From Mobula hypostoma (Eukaryota): a DNA stretch of 64,000 bases. Below, one piece after another: positions 48,445-60,878 of this stretch. How positions within the stretch are numbered: position 1 is the stretch's first letter; each line of letters begins with the position of its first letter. A model generated the notes under the pieces. That model saw nothing but the letters and a program-made list of their open reading frames with translations. It was not told the DNA's origin and searched no databases. The stretch covers positions 26,784,001 to 26,848,000 of the forward strand of contig NC_086121.1 in the NCBI RefSeq assembly GCF_963921235.1, written 5' to 3'. Position numbers and translations under genes: made by a program.

Positions 48445-49910
48445 GTTCAAAATTCAAAGTAAATTTACTATCAGACTGTAAATAATGTCAACATATACTG
48501 CATTGAGATTCATTTTCCTGCAGGCATTCACAGTAGAACAAAGAAATAAGATAGAGTCAATGAAAAACTACACACAAACAAGGACTGACAAACAACCACT
48601 GTGCAAAAAAAGACAAACTATGGAAATTTAAAAAAAATGAACGAGAGAAATTCTGCAGATGCTGGAAATCCAAAGCAACACATGTAAAATGCTGGAGGAA
48701 CTCAGCAGGTCAGGCAGCATCAATGGAGAGGAATAAACAGTTGACGTTTTGTCTGAGACCAAGACGTCAGCATCCATAGCACCTATGGACACGAATAAAC
48801 AATCAACATTTTGGGCCGAGAACTTTCTTCAGGGCCAAGAAGGAAGCCAAAATAATAATAATAATAATTAAAATAATACTGAGAACATGAACTGCAGTGT
48901 CCTTGAAAGTGAGCCCGTAGGTTGTGGAGTCATTTCAGAGCCGAGGTGAGTGGAGCCTAACGGTTGAAGGGTAATACTATTCCTGAACCTGGTGGTGTGG
49001 CACTTAAGTCTCCTTCCCGATGGCAGCAGCGGGAAGTGAGTGTGGCCTGGATGCTGGGGATTCCTGACGATGGACGTTACTTCCTCGTGACTGCACTCCT
49101 CATAGATGTGCTCAATGGTGGGGAGGGCTTTGCCTGTAATCGACTGGACTGTACCTATCTCTGTTGGGCATTGTTGTTTCCATACCAGGCGGTGATGCAA
49201 GGGCCAGGACACTACCCACTGTGCATCTACAGAAGTTTTAGATGACACGCTGAATCTGTGCAAACTTCTAAGAAAGTAGAGGTGCTGGGGTGCCTGCTTT
49301 GTGAGAACACTTTCTTATTGGCTCCAGGACAAATCCTCTGATATGGTGAAGCCAAAGAATTTAAAGTTACCGTCCCTCTTCACCGCCATTCCTCTAATGA
49401 GGAATGGCTCACGGACCTTTTGTTTCTTTCTCTCGTAGTCAATAATCAGTTCTTTGGGTTTACTGATTTGCGTGAGAGGTCACTGTTGTGACACCATTTA
49501 ACCAGATTTTCAATCTCCCTCCAAATGCTGGTTTGCCACAACCTTTGATTAAGCTAACAGCAGTGGTGTCAGCAGCAAACGTAACCACTGGAGTTGTACT
49601 TAGCCACACAGTCACAAGCATAAAGTGAGTAGAGAAGGGGACTAAGCTCACAGCCTTGTGGTGCACCTGTGCTGATGGTGATTGAAGAGTAGATGTTGTT
49701 GGCCAACCCATACTGACTAGGGTCTGCAAGAGAGGAAATTGAGGGGCCAATTGACGCCTAGGTCTTGGACCTTAGTGATTAGTTTCGAGGAGATGATAGT
49801 GTCGAATGCTGAGCTGAAGTCAATAAAAAGCATTCAGATGTATGCATCTTCACTGACCAGATGTTCCAGAGCTGAGTGTAGAGCCAATGAAATGACATCT
49901 GCTGTTAACC
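48445..49910 (-). mobile_element. Degenerate Rex1/Babar LINE with nested PLE repeats (~48640-48845)
   Basis: Minus strand RT remnants (STGAPQGCELSPLLYSLYA..., TFAADTTAV) and tail ttcaaaattcaaagtaaattt. Confidence 0.75.
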
Positions 49911-50589
49911 TGAACCTATTGTCAACTCCTCTTAGACCAGAACTGCCAACAAGAAGTTGCATTAACTGGCATCCAATCCCTGCTCTGCAGATGCTGATTC
50001 GTGGAAGACTTTCCAGTCAACTGAGCAGTGCCATACTAGCCCGATCTCTCTTGATGTTCCTTGAAATCTTTTATATTAAGTTCCACAGGAAAAAGGCTCT
50101 GATTGCAATCTAAAAACATCAAAGGCTTGTGAAATAAAAATGCACAAAGTGTAAGAATGTTTATCGTTCTGAGGCCAGTTTGCAATCTGAGTGATAGATG
50201 GAAGAATAATGTTTCAAATAATAAAAAATATGAATTAAATAAAATATTTGAACATAGTGACGTAGCTGGACACCCCCTAGGCAGGGGATATTATTCCCAC
50301 CACACCAGAATCCAGGATCTAAATATTTGCTGAGTAATTAATGCTCACACCTCTGGTCATATGTGTTGTTGGGTTCAAACCTCACTCCATTGTTTAAGGG
50401 CATCTTTCATTTCAAAATATATACTTTATTCATAATACGTACAGAGTAAATACAGCTGATACACATTTTTCTCTACGTTCATTGTACCATCTAGTCAATA
50501 TGATCTCTTACAATGCATCAACGCCACTTGTGTCCTTCATGAAGTGTTTGAGAGGACACAGTGCCTCTGCTGAAATGTCCAGTGGATCA

Positions 50590-51015
50590 AAATCAGATTG
50601 AGTAATTGCTCTCTTATACCAAGTGAAATTTGTTGCTCTGTGGCATCAGTACAATGCAAAGACGTACAATTACTATGAAATCCATAAATAAATAAATACT
50701 ACTAAAAAAAGGATTGGTGTAGCAGGTAGTGTTTATGTTTTCACGGACCTTTCAAAAGCCTGTTGGCGGAGGAGAAGAAGCTAATTCTGAATTGTTGAGT
50801 GTGGGTCCTTGATGGTAGTAACGGGAAGAGGGCATGTTCCAGATGGCGAAGCTACTTACTGACGGATGCTGCCTTCCTGAGGCATCACCTCTTGAAGATG
50901 CCCTTGGCAGAGGGGCAGTTTGTGCCTGTATTGGAACCGGCCGAGTCTACAACCTTCTACTGCCTCCTGCAATCCTGTGCTTTGGAGCCTCCATACCAGG
51001 TTGTGATGCAACCAG
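50590..51015 (-). mobile_element. Rex1/Babar LINE 3' fragment (old)
   Basis: Reverse complement of the Rex1 ORF end (gatgctgccttcctgaggc...ccataccagg). Confidence 0.6.
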
Positions 51016-52989
51016 GCCCAACTCTTTACACTCTTTATTACCCTTTCACTAAGGTACTAGGCAAAGGCCCTGTCTTCCTACTAAAGTGATTATGAAAAAT
51101 TGCATTGAATTACGGAATGACAGGAAGTTTTTTAGAAACAATTGTTCCCTGCACCAAGGTGACCAAAAACAGACAGAAGAGCAATGTGAATGGGAACTGC
51201 ATCCTTTTCCTTGTGGATTTCCCAGGACGGACACCTTGTCACATATTTCAGCTAAACGTCCGATTTTTTAAAAATATAAATTTACATTTTTAAATGAAGT
51301 TAAAGGCAACTTGTAGGTTTCACAAGATAGAAGACAAAGAAAAACAGGCCTCAGTGCTTACCTGCTGATTTGCTTCTTTTAACTGAGGAGGGGGTGTGAG
51401 GACACGAAGATGTTGGGGTTGTGAATCTGCAGAGGAACAAGTAACGATGGAGAAGGAGGAAGTGGGAATGGGGAGGAAATAAAGATTAGGCAGGAGATCT
51501 AAGAGGAAAAAGTGGGAATGTTACAGAAGTAACTGAGCACAGGAGGAGGAAGTGGCAAATTGGGGGCAGAAAGTAGGAAATTAGGAGGAAAGTAGGAAAT
51601 TAGGAAGAAGGTAGTGGAGACTGAGTGAGGATGTGAGGGTTCAGGGAGAATAAATGGGAATTAAGAGGGGAGAAACAAAGACTCTGGTGAGGAACTGGAG
51701 GTGGAGGGAGATGAGGATCCTGCATGGCTCTGGTGATGGGAAAGCACAGGTCAGACAGGGCGGTTAATTATCCTTTCAACAGTTGACCGGGAGGGAAGCA
51801 GAACATGCTGAGGCAGCGGGGCAGGAGTGTTCTGTTCATGATGGTGTCTATAAAGGGAAAAATAAGACAGGCTGCAGCTAAAAAAAGACAAAAACTGGAG
51901 AAAGACAAGGATATGCATTCAGATACCATCACCCTGATCTGATGAAAGTGTCTGTTCAGGTAGTAGTTTCATAGCCGTAAAGTCAATATCAGTGACACCT
52001 ATTCACTGATAAGAGAATGTCCCGGGACTCCATCACATTTGGGGAATGTCATCTAAAAGCCAATGGCCCGTCTAACCGCACCCCCCCACCGCCCCGACCA
52101 TCCTGCACCGTTTCTAATGTTGCTCACAAGTTCCCCGTCTCTATAGGATGCTTGTATCCAGGGATCTGATTGTCAGAGGCCAATTATATGACTGCCTTGC
52201 ATTCTCTTCAAAATTCAGCACGCAAATGCCCAGCTGAATAAAAGGATAAACAGCAGCACCCTGCAGCTACATCTCTATCACATTCCAATGTCTGACTGTC
52301 ACCGCCCTCTCTCTGCTCTGAAAACAGAGCCGAGACTCAGCATGTTTTCAGGAAGAAATCTAAGGGATTGGCAGTGGTCCATGCACAATCTATGTTTTCT
52401 GCAAGGGTACAGGAGCACGACAGTGGAAATATGCTGAGGACTTCAGAAGGCTTTCTGTATCTCCATACAAGTCTTCCCAGCTCATGAATGCCCGCCCCTG
52501 TTAATTTGGGGCACCACAATTTTTAGCTGCTGCAGGCACCTTCTGCACATGGGAATTCAGCTTAGGGCTGCATATTTGACTTCTGAACATTTAGGGTTAC
52601 GAACTCTCCACAGGGGAGGAACCCTTCTCGGGGGCAACCTCCACAGAGAAAACAGAGTCGGGTCTAAACACAACCATGGCCACAGACAATGGATGTGGAT
52701 GAGGTTGAAAATGGAATGCCAGTGTTAATTACTTCTGTAGGAAGGCCACACATTGAGATGAAATAGTATTTGTCATAGACATTCATGATGAAGGAGAAGC
52801 TGAGGGTCACACAAGGGGCAAAATAATTCAATCTGACATCTACTGTTAAAATGTCTGTACAATAGCAGGGCCACTTTAGTTTATTATTTTGATTCATTTT
52901 TCCAGGATATGGGGATGTCCAGTATATGTAGTAAAATTCAGTTGTTTAAAAGTCCTAATGGTTCATCATCAGGTCAACTCAGTTGTCCA

Positions 52990-53420
52990 AAATGTAAGCA
53001 GTGTGTCCAAAGTGTGAACAGGGTGTGTGGTCCAGACCCGGGTTTGGGCTGTAGACTGGGTGTGTAGCCAGAAGCCAGGGATGGGATTTAGGATACCAGG
53101 GATCAGGAATGTAGTACAGCTGGGGTCTGGAGTGCTTGAGAATTTCCCTCTCTGTTCGAACCCAATGGGCTCCCTGGAAAATTACGTTTGTACATAAAAA
53201 TATCTTTGGGTAAGAGTGACATCCAATGGTCTGGAAAATCTGCAAACCTCCAGATCTATCAAAGACTCGATGGCAGATATTTGGAGTTTTACTGTGTTGA
53301 CCCTTCCCAAATGCCTTTGCCGAAATGTTGGTGAGTCAAGTTCTTGGACCTCTGTGGTTTTTCCAGTGAAGTTATATCCTCCACTCCCCAGCATAAACCC
53401 CCAGATTCCCTTCCATACTT
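52990..53420 (-). mobile_element. Degenerate L1/Tx1 ORF2 fragment
   Basis: Post-RT motif LGRVNTVK in the minus-strand ORF 53182-53394. Confidence 0.4.
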
Positions 53421-53424
53421 TTGG

Positions 53425-53800
53425 TTGGAAAGTTCCAGGAGTTTGAGGAGGTTTGATACATCACCAAATGTTTGCACAAATTTCTACTGATGTGTGGTGG
53501 ACAGCATTCCGCATTCTGCCTGGTATGGGGGGGTTTGATGTAAGTATCGCAAGGGGCTGTGGAGGATAGATTCAGCCAGCTCCATAAATAGCACACCCCT
53601 CCCACCATTGAGGACATCTTCAAGAGGCAGTGACTCAAGAAGATGACATCTATCACTAAAGACCCTCACCATCTGGGACATGCCCTCTTCTCGTTACTAG
53701 CATCAGGAAGAAGGTACAGGAGCTTGAAGACCCACACTCAATGATTCAGACACAGCTTTCTCACCCCAACCATCAGATCCCTGAATGGTGCATGAACGCT
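53425..53800 (+). mobile_element. Rex1/Babar LINE 3' fragment
   Basis: ccattgaggacatcttcaagagg...catgccctcttctcgttact...aggtacaggagcttgaagaccc. Confidence 0.7.
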
Positions 53801-53929
53801 ACCTCGTACTGGGTATGAGGGTTTACTAAACTCAGTCCCTTCACACATCATTTCATCTCATCCTGGAGTTACAATCCATGAAAGGATTCTGTAAGCAACC
53901 AAAGGCTAATGGGCAGCTCCCATTCCGAC

Positions 53930-54140
53930 AGGAATTCAGCTCACCAGGCAGTATCTAAGGAGGGAAATGGACAGCCGATGTTCCAGATTTCAGCTCATTC
54001 CTCTAGATGATTCAGCAGAGATAACAGATCTTGATCTGAAACGTTGACTGTCCATTTCACTCTATAAATGCTGCCTGACCCACCGCATTCCTCCAGTGTT
54101 TCGTATGTTACTCCGTGTTCCAGCATCCGCAGAATCTTGA
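53930..54140. mobile_element. Inverted PLE terminal-repeat pair (older)
   Basis: Right arm ctgaaacgttgactgtcc...atgctgcctgacc...ttccagcatccgcagaatc; left arm is a degenerate reverse complement. Confidence 0.6.
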
Positions 54141-55793
54141 CCCCTCTACTCCTTCCCTCTGACCCCCACCCAATGAAAATGAACAGGTCAGAACATTTCG
54201 GCTGAAATCTGTGGTATTAAACAGTTCTACTGAACTGTGGTCTCCACACAGACTAAACAAGGCATCATCCCATAGAACCACAGAATTATTATGACATAGC
54301 CATCCCGATCCATAAGGCACAAGTGCATTGCTTTATTGGTGAGCGTTTAATAAAAATCAGGTTTATTATCTTTGACATATGTCGTTAAATTCGTTGTTTT
54401 GTGACAACAGTACAGTGCAAGACATATATTACTGTAAGTTGCAAAAAATAGATAGATAAATAGATTTTTAAAAATAGTGCAAAAGAGGAATAGTGAGGTA
54501 TTGTTCGTCGACTGCTCAGAAATCTGATGGCAGAAGGGATCCTAAACCATTGAGTGTGGGTCTGTTTATTTTAGTTGCTCTGATTTGATGGGAGTGAGGT
54601 ATGTGTGGTGAGGATAAAGTCAGGGTAAGTTGAGCTGAGCTACCCTGAACAACTGAGATGAGCTGCAACCACTTAGATGTGTATACACCCACTGTGCATT
54701 GCCAGTAACTGTGACGGGCAGCCAGCAGGAGGTAAGACTCAGCTGTGTGGAGCTGGCCAAGGCTGACTTCCTCTCAATAGACCTCAAGTTAAATGTAGAT
54801 GCTGTAAGTACTGTTAGATACAGGAGGTCCCAGAACATTGTCTCAGAGCTGTTCCAGACCGAGATACTCCTGAAGGGGAATGCTTTTGGCTTGAGTGCTG
54901 GGGGAGACCTATGGAGATTTTCCCTGACCATTCAGCTGACATCATTTGGCCAAAGCTATCCAACGGACACCAGGACGTAGCTCAGACGGCGGTAGGCAGG
55001 ATCCCCCCCCCCCCCCCCGCCTTGTGGTTCTTCTAATAAGCTCAGAGCCCTCAACACCTCACCTCCTGGAGCTACCCTAGAAACTGCAAAGGCAAGAGCC
55101 AATCACTCACCTCAGCGGCTCTCTGCTCCGAAGGCATTGAAAGTGTTGCTGGTCGCTGCCCAATGAACTCAACGCAGCAGCAACATGCCATGGCAAATGC
55201 CACCTGCTGGTGGAAGGCAACCCACTCAGTCCAGAAGGGCCTGGGATCAGGCCAAAACTCACTTAACTTCCAATGAAAGGAACCATCCAGGATCAATTAT
55301 GATCAGCCAGCACACTTCCTACTCCAGGAGTAAGTACCAAGGCACAGTCTCAAGCAAGGTGTGACTTACGCAAAATAGCAAGGGGACATACCCATCCAAC
55401 TGTGTATGAGATGGTTTTCTCCCCTAATAAAATTATTTCTCCATAATAAAAATGTAATTTGTTGCAGTATCATGGTATCATGTAACTTACCAATGTAGTC
55501 ACCACAAATATGTAAAATGTTTCCATCTGAATTGTATATGTACATATTATCTATGGAAATATTTCGCATGAAATTGTATTTTTGCAATTAAAATATCACC
55601 CATAGGGCAATGGATTGAATATATGACTCCAAGCCAGGTCAGTAGCAAGGGCTCCAGCATCACTTGTAGAAAGGAAGAGGACCCCAGCCCATTTCTGCTC
55701 CCCATCAGAGTCCAGGGGCATCAAGGACATCAAAGCAGACACATCCTTCCAACACACTCCACCTCCACTGTACAGTACATGCTTGAACATGAG

Positions 55794-56004
55794 CACAGGA
55801 GATTCTGCAGATGCTGGAAATCCAGAGTAACATACACAAAATGCTGGAGGAACTCAGCAAGTCAGGGAGCATCTGTGGAGGAGAATAAACAGTTGACACT
55901 TCAGGTCCTGACGAAGGATCCCGGCCCGAAACGACAACTGTTTATTCCTCTTCATAGAAGATGTCGGACCTGCTGAGGGCCTCCAGCATTTTGTGTGTGT
56001 TGTG
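55794..56004. mobile_element. Inverted PLE terminal-repeat pair with plus-strand hammerhead motif (55904-55940)
   Basis: ggtcCTGACGAaggatcccggcccGAAAcgacaactg; near-TSD tgaa[c/t]atgag (55784-55793 / 56005-56014). Confidence 0.8.
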
Positions 56005-56077
56005 TGAATATGAGACAAGGAACATACCCAGAATTGATATCTGGTTGTCAAGACTCGACAATAAACTTTTCCCCAGG

Positions 56078-56457
56078 TGATGAGAAGTTACAGGCTCAAC
56101 CCTTCCCACCATCGAGGACATATTCAAGCGGTGATACCTCAGGAAGGTGACGTCCATCATGAAGGACCCTCACCATTTGGGACATGCCCTCTTCTCGTCA
56201 CTACCATACGGAAGGAGGATGGGAGCCTGAAGACACACACTCACACTCAGTATTTTAGGAACAGTTTCTTTCCCTCTGCCATCAGACTTCATTACACTCC
56301 ATGAACGAATGAGCAATATTTCACTATTCCTCTTTTGCGTTATTTATTTTATTTCTTATCACTTACAGTATTTATTTATGTCTTGCAATGTACTGCTGTC
56401 ACAAAACAACAAATTTCACAACACAAGTCAGTGATAATAAACCTGATTTGGATTCTG
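56078..56457 (+). mobile_element. Rex1/Babar LINE 3' fragment
   Basis: ORF-end motifs and tail aataaacctgatttggattctg. Confidence 0.75.
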
Positions 56458-56625
56458 TATAAGTGAATTTTCTGTGACACTGTGCGATAGCAATATTCCC
56501 AGAGAAGGTGGGAGGAAATTAGGCAGGCAAATCAGATTTCATTTTGTCCCAAAGGCAAGCAATATCATCAACAGGACTGTTGGTCAATTTAAAGCCCTTG
56601 GTCACAAGCTATTCATTATTGGCAA

Positions 56626-56633
56626 CACACACA

Positions 56634-56693
<60 letters not shown>
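56626..56693. repeat. (CA)n microsatellite
   Basis: Read directly from the sequence. Confidence 0.97.
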
Positions 56694-56697
<4 letters not shown>

Positions 56698-57684
56698 TAA
56701 CCTTTATTGATTGGATCTGAGCCAGCAACATAATTCCTGCAAACTGAATTGCTGCTGATTGCATCAGTCCACAGAACTCTACTGGAAAATTCATTACAAT
56801 GCATGACACAGGGGACTTTGGCTGCCAGTGGCTCGAGGGCCTTATCAGAATGGTTTACATTAACCTGCCCCATCATTGCTGATTGTATCTCCAGTCTTCA
56901 CCTCTCTCCACACGATGATGTCGACCAAGTATAGGCTGGTGAAGTGAAGGGGTGAGGAGGGGGGTTGTGGGAAGAGGGGAGGGGTGTAGAAATAGAGCTG
57001 GAGTACCTTGTGTTTCTAAACCATCCTTTTCTGAGAATAGTACAGCTCAGTTGGCAACCGCCTTGCCTGTGAGCCACCCTAATGCAATACTGAGGGAATG
57101 CCACGCAGTCCGTGGTAGCAGCTTCTAGTGAGACATAAAACTGAAGCCCCTTCCACTCTCTCAAGCAGACTTTAAAATCCCTGTGGCTCTCTCTAAGATT
57201 ACTTGCAGTGTCCTTGTCAACAATCATCCTCAGTTGATGTCGTCAGAACGAATCAACCAGTCATTACTGCACCATAGCTTGTGGGAGCTTGCACGTCACC
57301 AGGTGAAGGCCCTGCTTCTTGCAACAGTGACGACTTTTCAACTACTCAATGCGATGAGAAAAGAGCTGCCAGATACAGGTCTTTTCATTTGGTTTTAGAG
57401 CCTTTAACAAAAGAGACACAGAACTAATGAACAAACTTGGAACTTACAGAAAAAACTGCCAGCTTTGTGCATGAAAAGTGCAGACACTCATGGTTTTTAA
57501 CTTCCAGAAACATGACTTACTGCTGTGATCAGAGAGTGAATAAATCGTCTGTGTAACTGCTGCACAGAGCAGAACTACAAGAATGAAATGACACCCGTGT
57601 CGGCTGGCGCAGCTACTGGTGAGAAAGGGAGCATGTAATCAGTACAAATGGGCTAAACTGGAAATGCTGTTTTCATCCCTGATG

Positions 57685-60162
57685 AGTTGTATCTAATTTT
57701 TATGTTTTCTAACTCCGAAATGAATCGAAAGAAAAACACAGGAGAGCCGGAGATAACTTGGGTATGTTTAGTTTTGTTTCCTTACTTTAGTGAGGTGCTG
57801 ACACATGACAGGGGTGGTGCAATGACATTTGTCATTCACGTACTTTGTACATATACCCGTCATGAATTATGTCAACAAACAAGAATGCTTAATCAAACAA
57901 TGTATTTACAATATCACTCAAATATTGCTGAAATACACAACGCTCCTCCATGCTTAGTTATAAACTCCAACTCAATATAGAATGCATCTTAACATAAATA
58001 TACATATATATATATATATATATAAAATACAACTACTATATTGACATCCACAGCAGAGTAAAATTTTAAATTGTCCCACTCATCCTAAGGATTTAATTGC
58101 TGTGGAGGGTTTCTTATCCTTGTGGGATAACACCCTTCCTGACAAGGGGCCACTCGGTTCGGCAGGTGAGACTTGTGGTTGTGAAACAATCTCAGGATCT
58201 GGGGCCTCCTCTGTGGTGATTGTAGGAGTTGCCTCGGGGCTTGCTGAAAGTGGTTCTGACGGCTCCAGACACCTTTTTTCTCCAACAATTTACTTTGCTC
58301 TCCTCAACTGATCAGCGCATCGTCTCTAGATGACATTACGCACAATCTCCACTGTGCAGGAGAATGGTCCAATTCTGTCCTTAATCCTCCCGAGTACCTG
58401 TTTTTAAGTCTTTCGCAAGGACCGTTTGTCCATGAGTGAAACATTGCATCTTCTTGTTTGAGGAGCCCTCAATTTGTCTCAGTTGTACTCCACCTGAGAC
58501 TGGGTTTGAGGAGATCCAAGTGTGAATGCAAGGGACTACCCAGGAACAACTTAGCTGCTGATGTGTTGACTGTGGAGTGTGCTGCGTTGCGATATGCGAG
58601 AAGGAAATTGGTGAGCTTCTGATTCCGTGTCAGTGTAGTGTGTTCTGCCGACATTGCTCACGGTGTGTTCTTTACACTCTGGACAAACCTCTCCACCAAG
58701 CTAGTTGTAGCTGGGAGGTATGGTGCAGATGTAATATGTCTTATTCCGCAAACATGAGAAAATCTGCAGATGCTGGAAATTCAAGCAACACACACAAAAT
58801 GCTGGTGGAACGCAGCAGGCCAGGGAGCATCTATAGGAAGAAGTACAGTCAACGTTTTGGGCTGCGACCCTTATGTCTTATTCCATTCATTTTCAGGAAT
58901 GACTGAAACGGTTCTGCAACAAGCTGTGGACCATTGTCACTGACTAAGTGTTCTGGAACACCAGTCCTTGATAAGAGGCTTCTCAACACATCAACAGTGT
59001 GCGAGGCTGTAATGGAGGCTATTGTGAACACTTCTGGCCACTTTGTAGCTGCATTCACTACCACCAAGATATTTGAGCCCATGAATGGTCCGACAAAATC
59101 CACATGAATCCTCTACCAGGGCAATGCAAGTCATTCCCAGGGATGGAGGGGCACTGCTCTCGGCTCCTTCTGGACATGTTAGGATCCCAAACAGTGCATG
59201 GCAAGTTGCGCGATCTGCTACTATCCCAGGCCACCAGAAAAAGCTTCCAGCCAATGTTTTCCTTTTGACCACGCCTAAATGACTGGCATGTACTGTAGCT
59301 CCTCTAACACTAGCTCTCAACTGTGATAGAACAGCAACTCTCAAACCCACATAAGGCAATCTCTGTCAAAGGCAAGTTCATCCCGGCTCTTGTAAAAATG
59401 GGGAAAATGGAACTTCTATTGCACATTACATCTATTTTGGGTTGACCTGAGACAGTATGGGGTCTTTTCTGATGTCACTTTGGATCATCGCTGTTATAGA
59501 GAGACTTCCAATTTGCGTTAAGGAGAATATGTCAAGAGGAATGTCCTTTTTCGTAAATTTTTAGGGTATTTCCTTTTCCAAGGGTAAACAGGAAATCTAC
59601 TTGCATCCCATGATTACTTGTCCTCTCGAATTTGATCATGTAACTGTGCCCTCCAAGAAACAGAGCCTATCTCTGTATTCTTGTTGCTGCTGTTAGTAGA
59701 ACATTCTGGGATTGAAAATGGACACCAGTGGTTGATGGTTAGTAATGAGGGTAAAGTCTCTCCCATACAAGTACTGGTTGAAAGGTTTTACATCCCAAAC
59801 CAGATTTAAGGCCTCTCTGTCGATCTGTGCCTACTTTTTCTCTGCAGCGGTAAGCAAATGAGATCCAAAGGCAGTGGGGTGGTCACTTCCATCACTCATA
59901 ACAACTGACATGACTGCACCTACATCAGAAGGGGAGGTGGCACAGGCAAGCTTCACTGGGTGATATGGATCATAATGTGTGAGTGCAGTGTCTGATATCA
60001 CCGTTTCCTTTGTTGTTTGGAAAGCCTCCTCACACTGCTTTGTCATTCACCTACTTCATACATATATACCGTCATGAATCATGTAAACAAACAAAGGGTG
60101 CTAAATCAAACAATATGTTTACAATATTGCTCAAATATTACTGAAATATTAAGTACACAACA
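57685..60162 (-). mobile_element. Degenerate Gypsy (Metaviridae) LTR retrotransposon, gag and most of RT deleted
   Basis: Minus-strand RT/RNase H connection (TKQCEEAF...LTHYDPYHPVKLAC...DVGAV) precedes the integrase core (DFVGPFMG...KWPEVF...GVPEHLVSDNGPQ). 3' LTR ~57685-57942 is preceded by a purine-rich tract; partial 5' LTR at 60039-60162. Confidence 0.88.
58748..58871 (-). mobile_element. Solo PLE terminal-repeat unit inserted in the Gypsy integrase
   Basis: Perfect 13-bp TSD tatgtcttattcc (58735-58747 / 58872-58884); truncated at hammerhead stem II. Confidence 0.9.
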
Positions 60163-60878
60163 CTAATAAGGTGGCCACTGAGTTTATGTTCGAGGTCTTC
60201 TGCTGCTGTAACCCACCCACTTCAAGGTTTGATGTCTTGTGCATTCAGAGATGTCCTTCTGCACACTGCTGTTGTAACACGTGGTTACTTGAGCTACTGT
60301 CGCCTTTCTGTCAGCTTGAATCAGTCTGGCTATTCTCCTCTGACCTTTCTCATTCTCAAGGCATTTTTGCCCACAGAACTGGATGTTTTATGTTTTACTT
60401 TATGCACCATTCTATGTAGACTGTTGTGGGTGAGAATCCCAGGAGATCAGCAGTTTCAGCAACTCAAGCCACTCCATCTGGCACCAACAATCAAAGGGTA
60501 GAGGTCAGACTGACAGTGGTCCACCGGTCCTCCAGGTTCGGGGCTTCAGCTCAGGGCTAACAAGCCTGATTGGTCAAACAAAATTGTTACAAAAATGGCA
60601 ATGAAGATTTCTTATACTCCAGATTGCAATGGTATTCCTGACCCTCCACCTGTGACTTGCATGACTGCCAGTAGTGAAAACCATGGGGAAGCTAGTGGCA
60701 GGATGAAGGAAGCTTTGAACACCACCACCAGTTGTGGTTGGTCTGAACAACAAATGGACCTCTTGACCATGCCTGCATGCTTTTATGCATTAAGTTGCTG
60801 CCACTTGATGGGCTGATTAGATATTTGTATTAACGAGCAGGTGTACAGTTGTGCCTAATAAAGTGGCCACCAAGTGTA
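60163..60878. mobile_element. Tc1/mariner-derived non-autonomous element with nested RTE-derived insert (~60495-60731)
   Basis: Right terminus ctaataaagtggccaccaagtg followed by TA; the same motif recurs at 60163. Confidence 0.65.

Noticed and set aside
54620-54980. Overlapping 93-103 aa ORFs as host exons
   Set aside because: No recognisable homology and no convincing paired splice signals.
57675-60170. TSD for the Gypsy element
   Set aside because: Only an ambiguous ctga/ctaa match; the left LTR end is mutated and the right flank looks rearranged.
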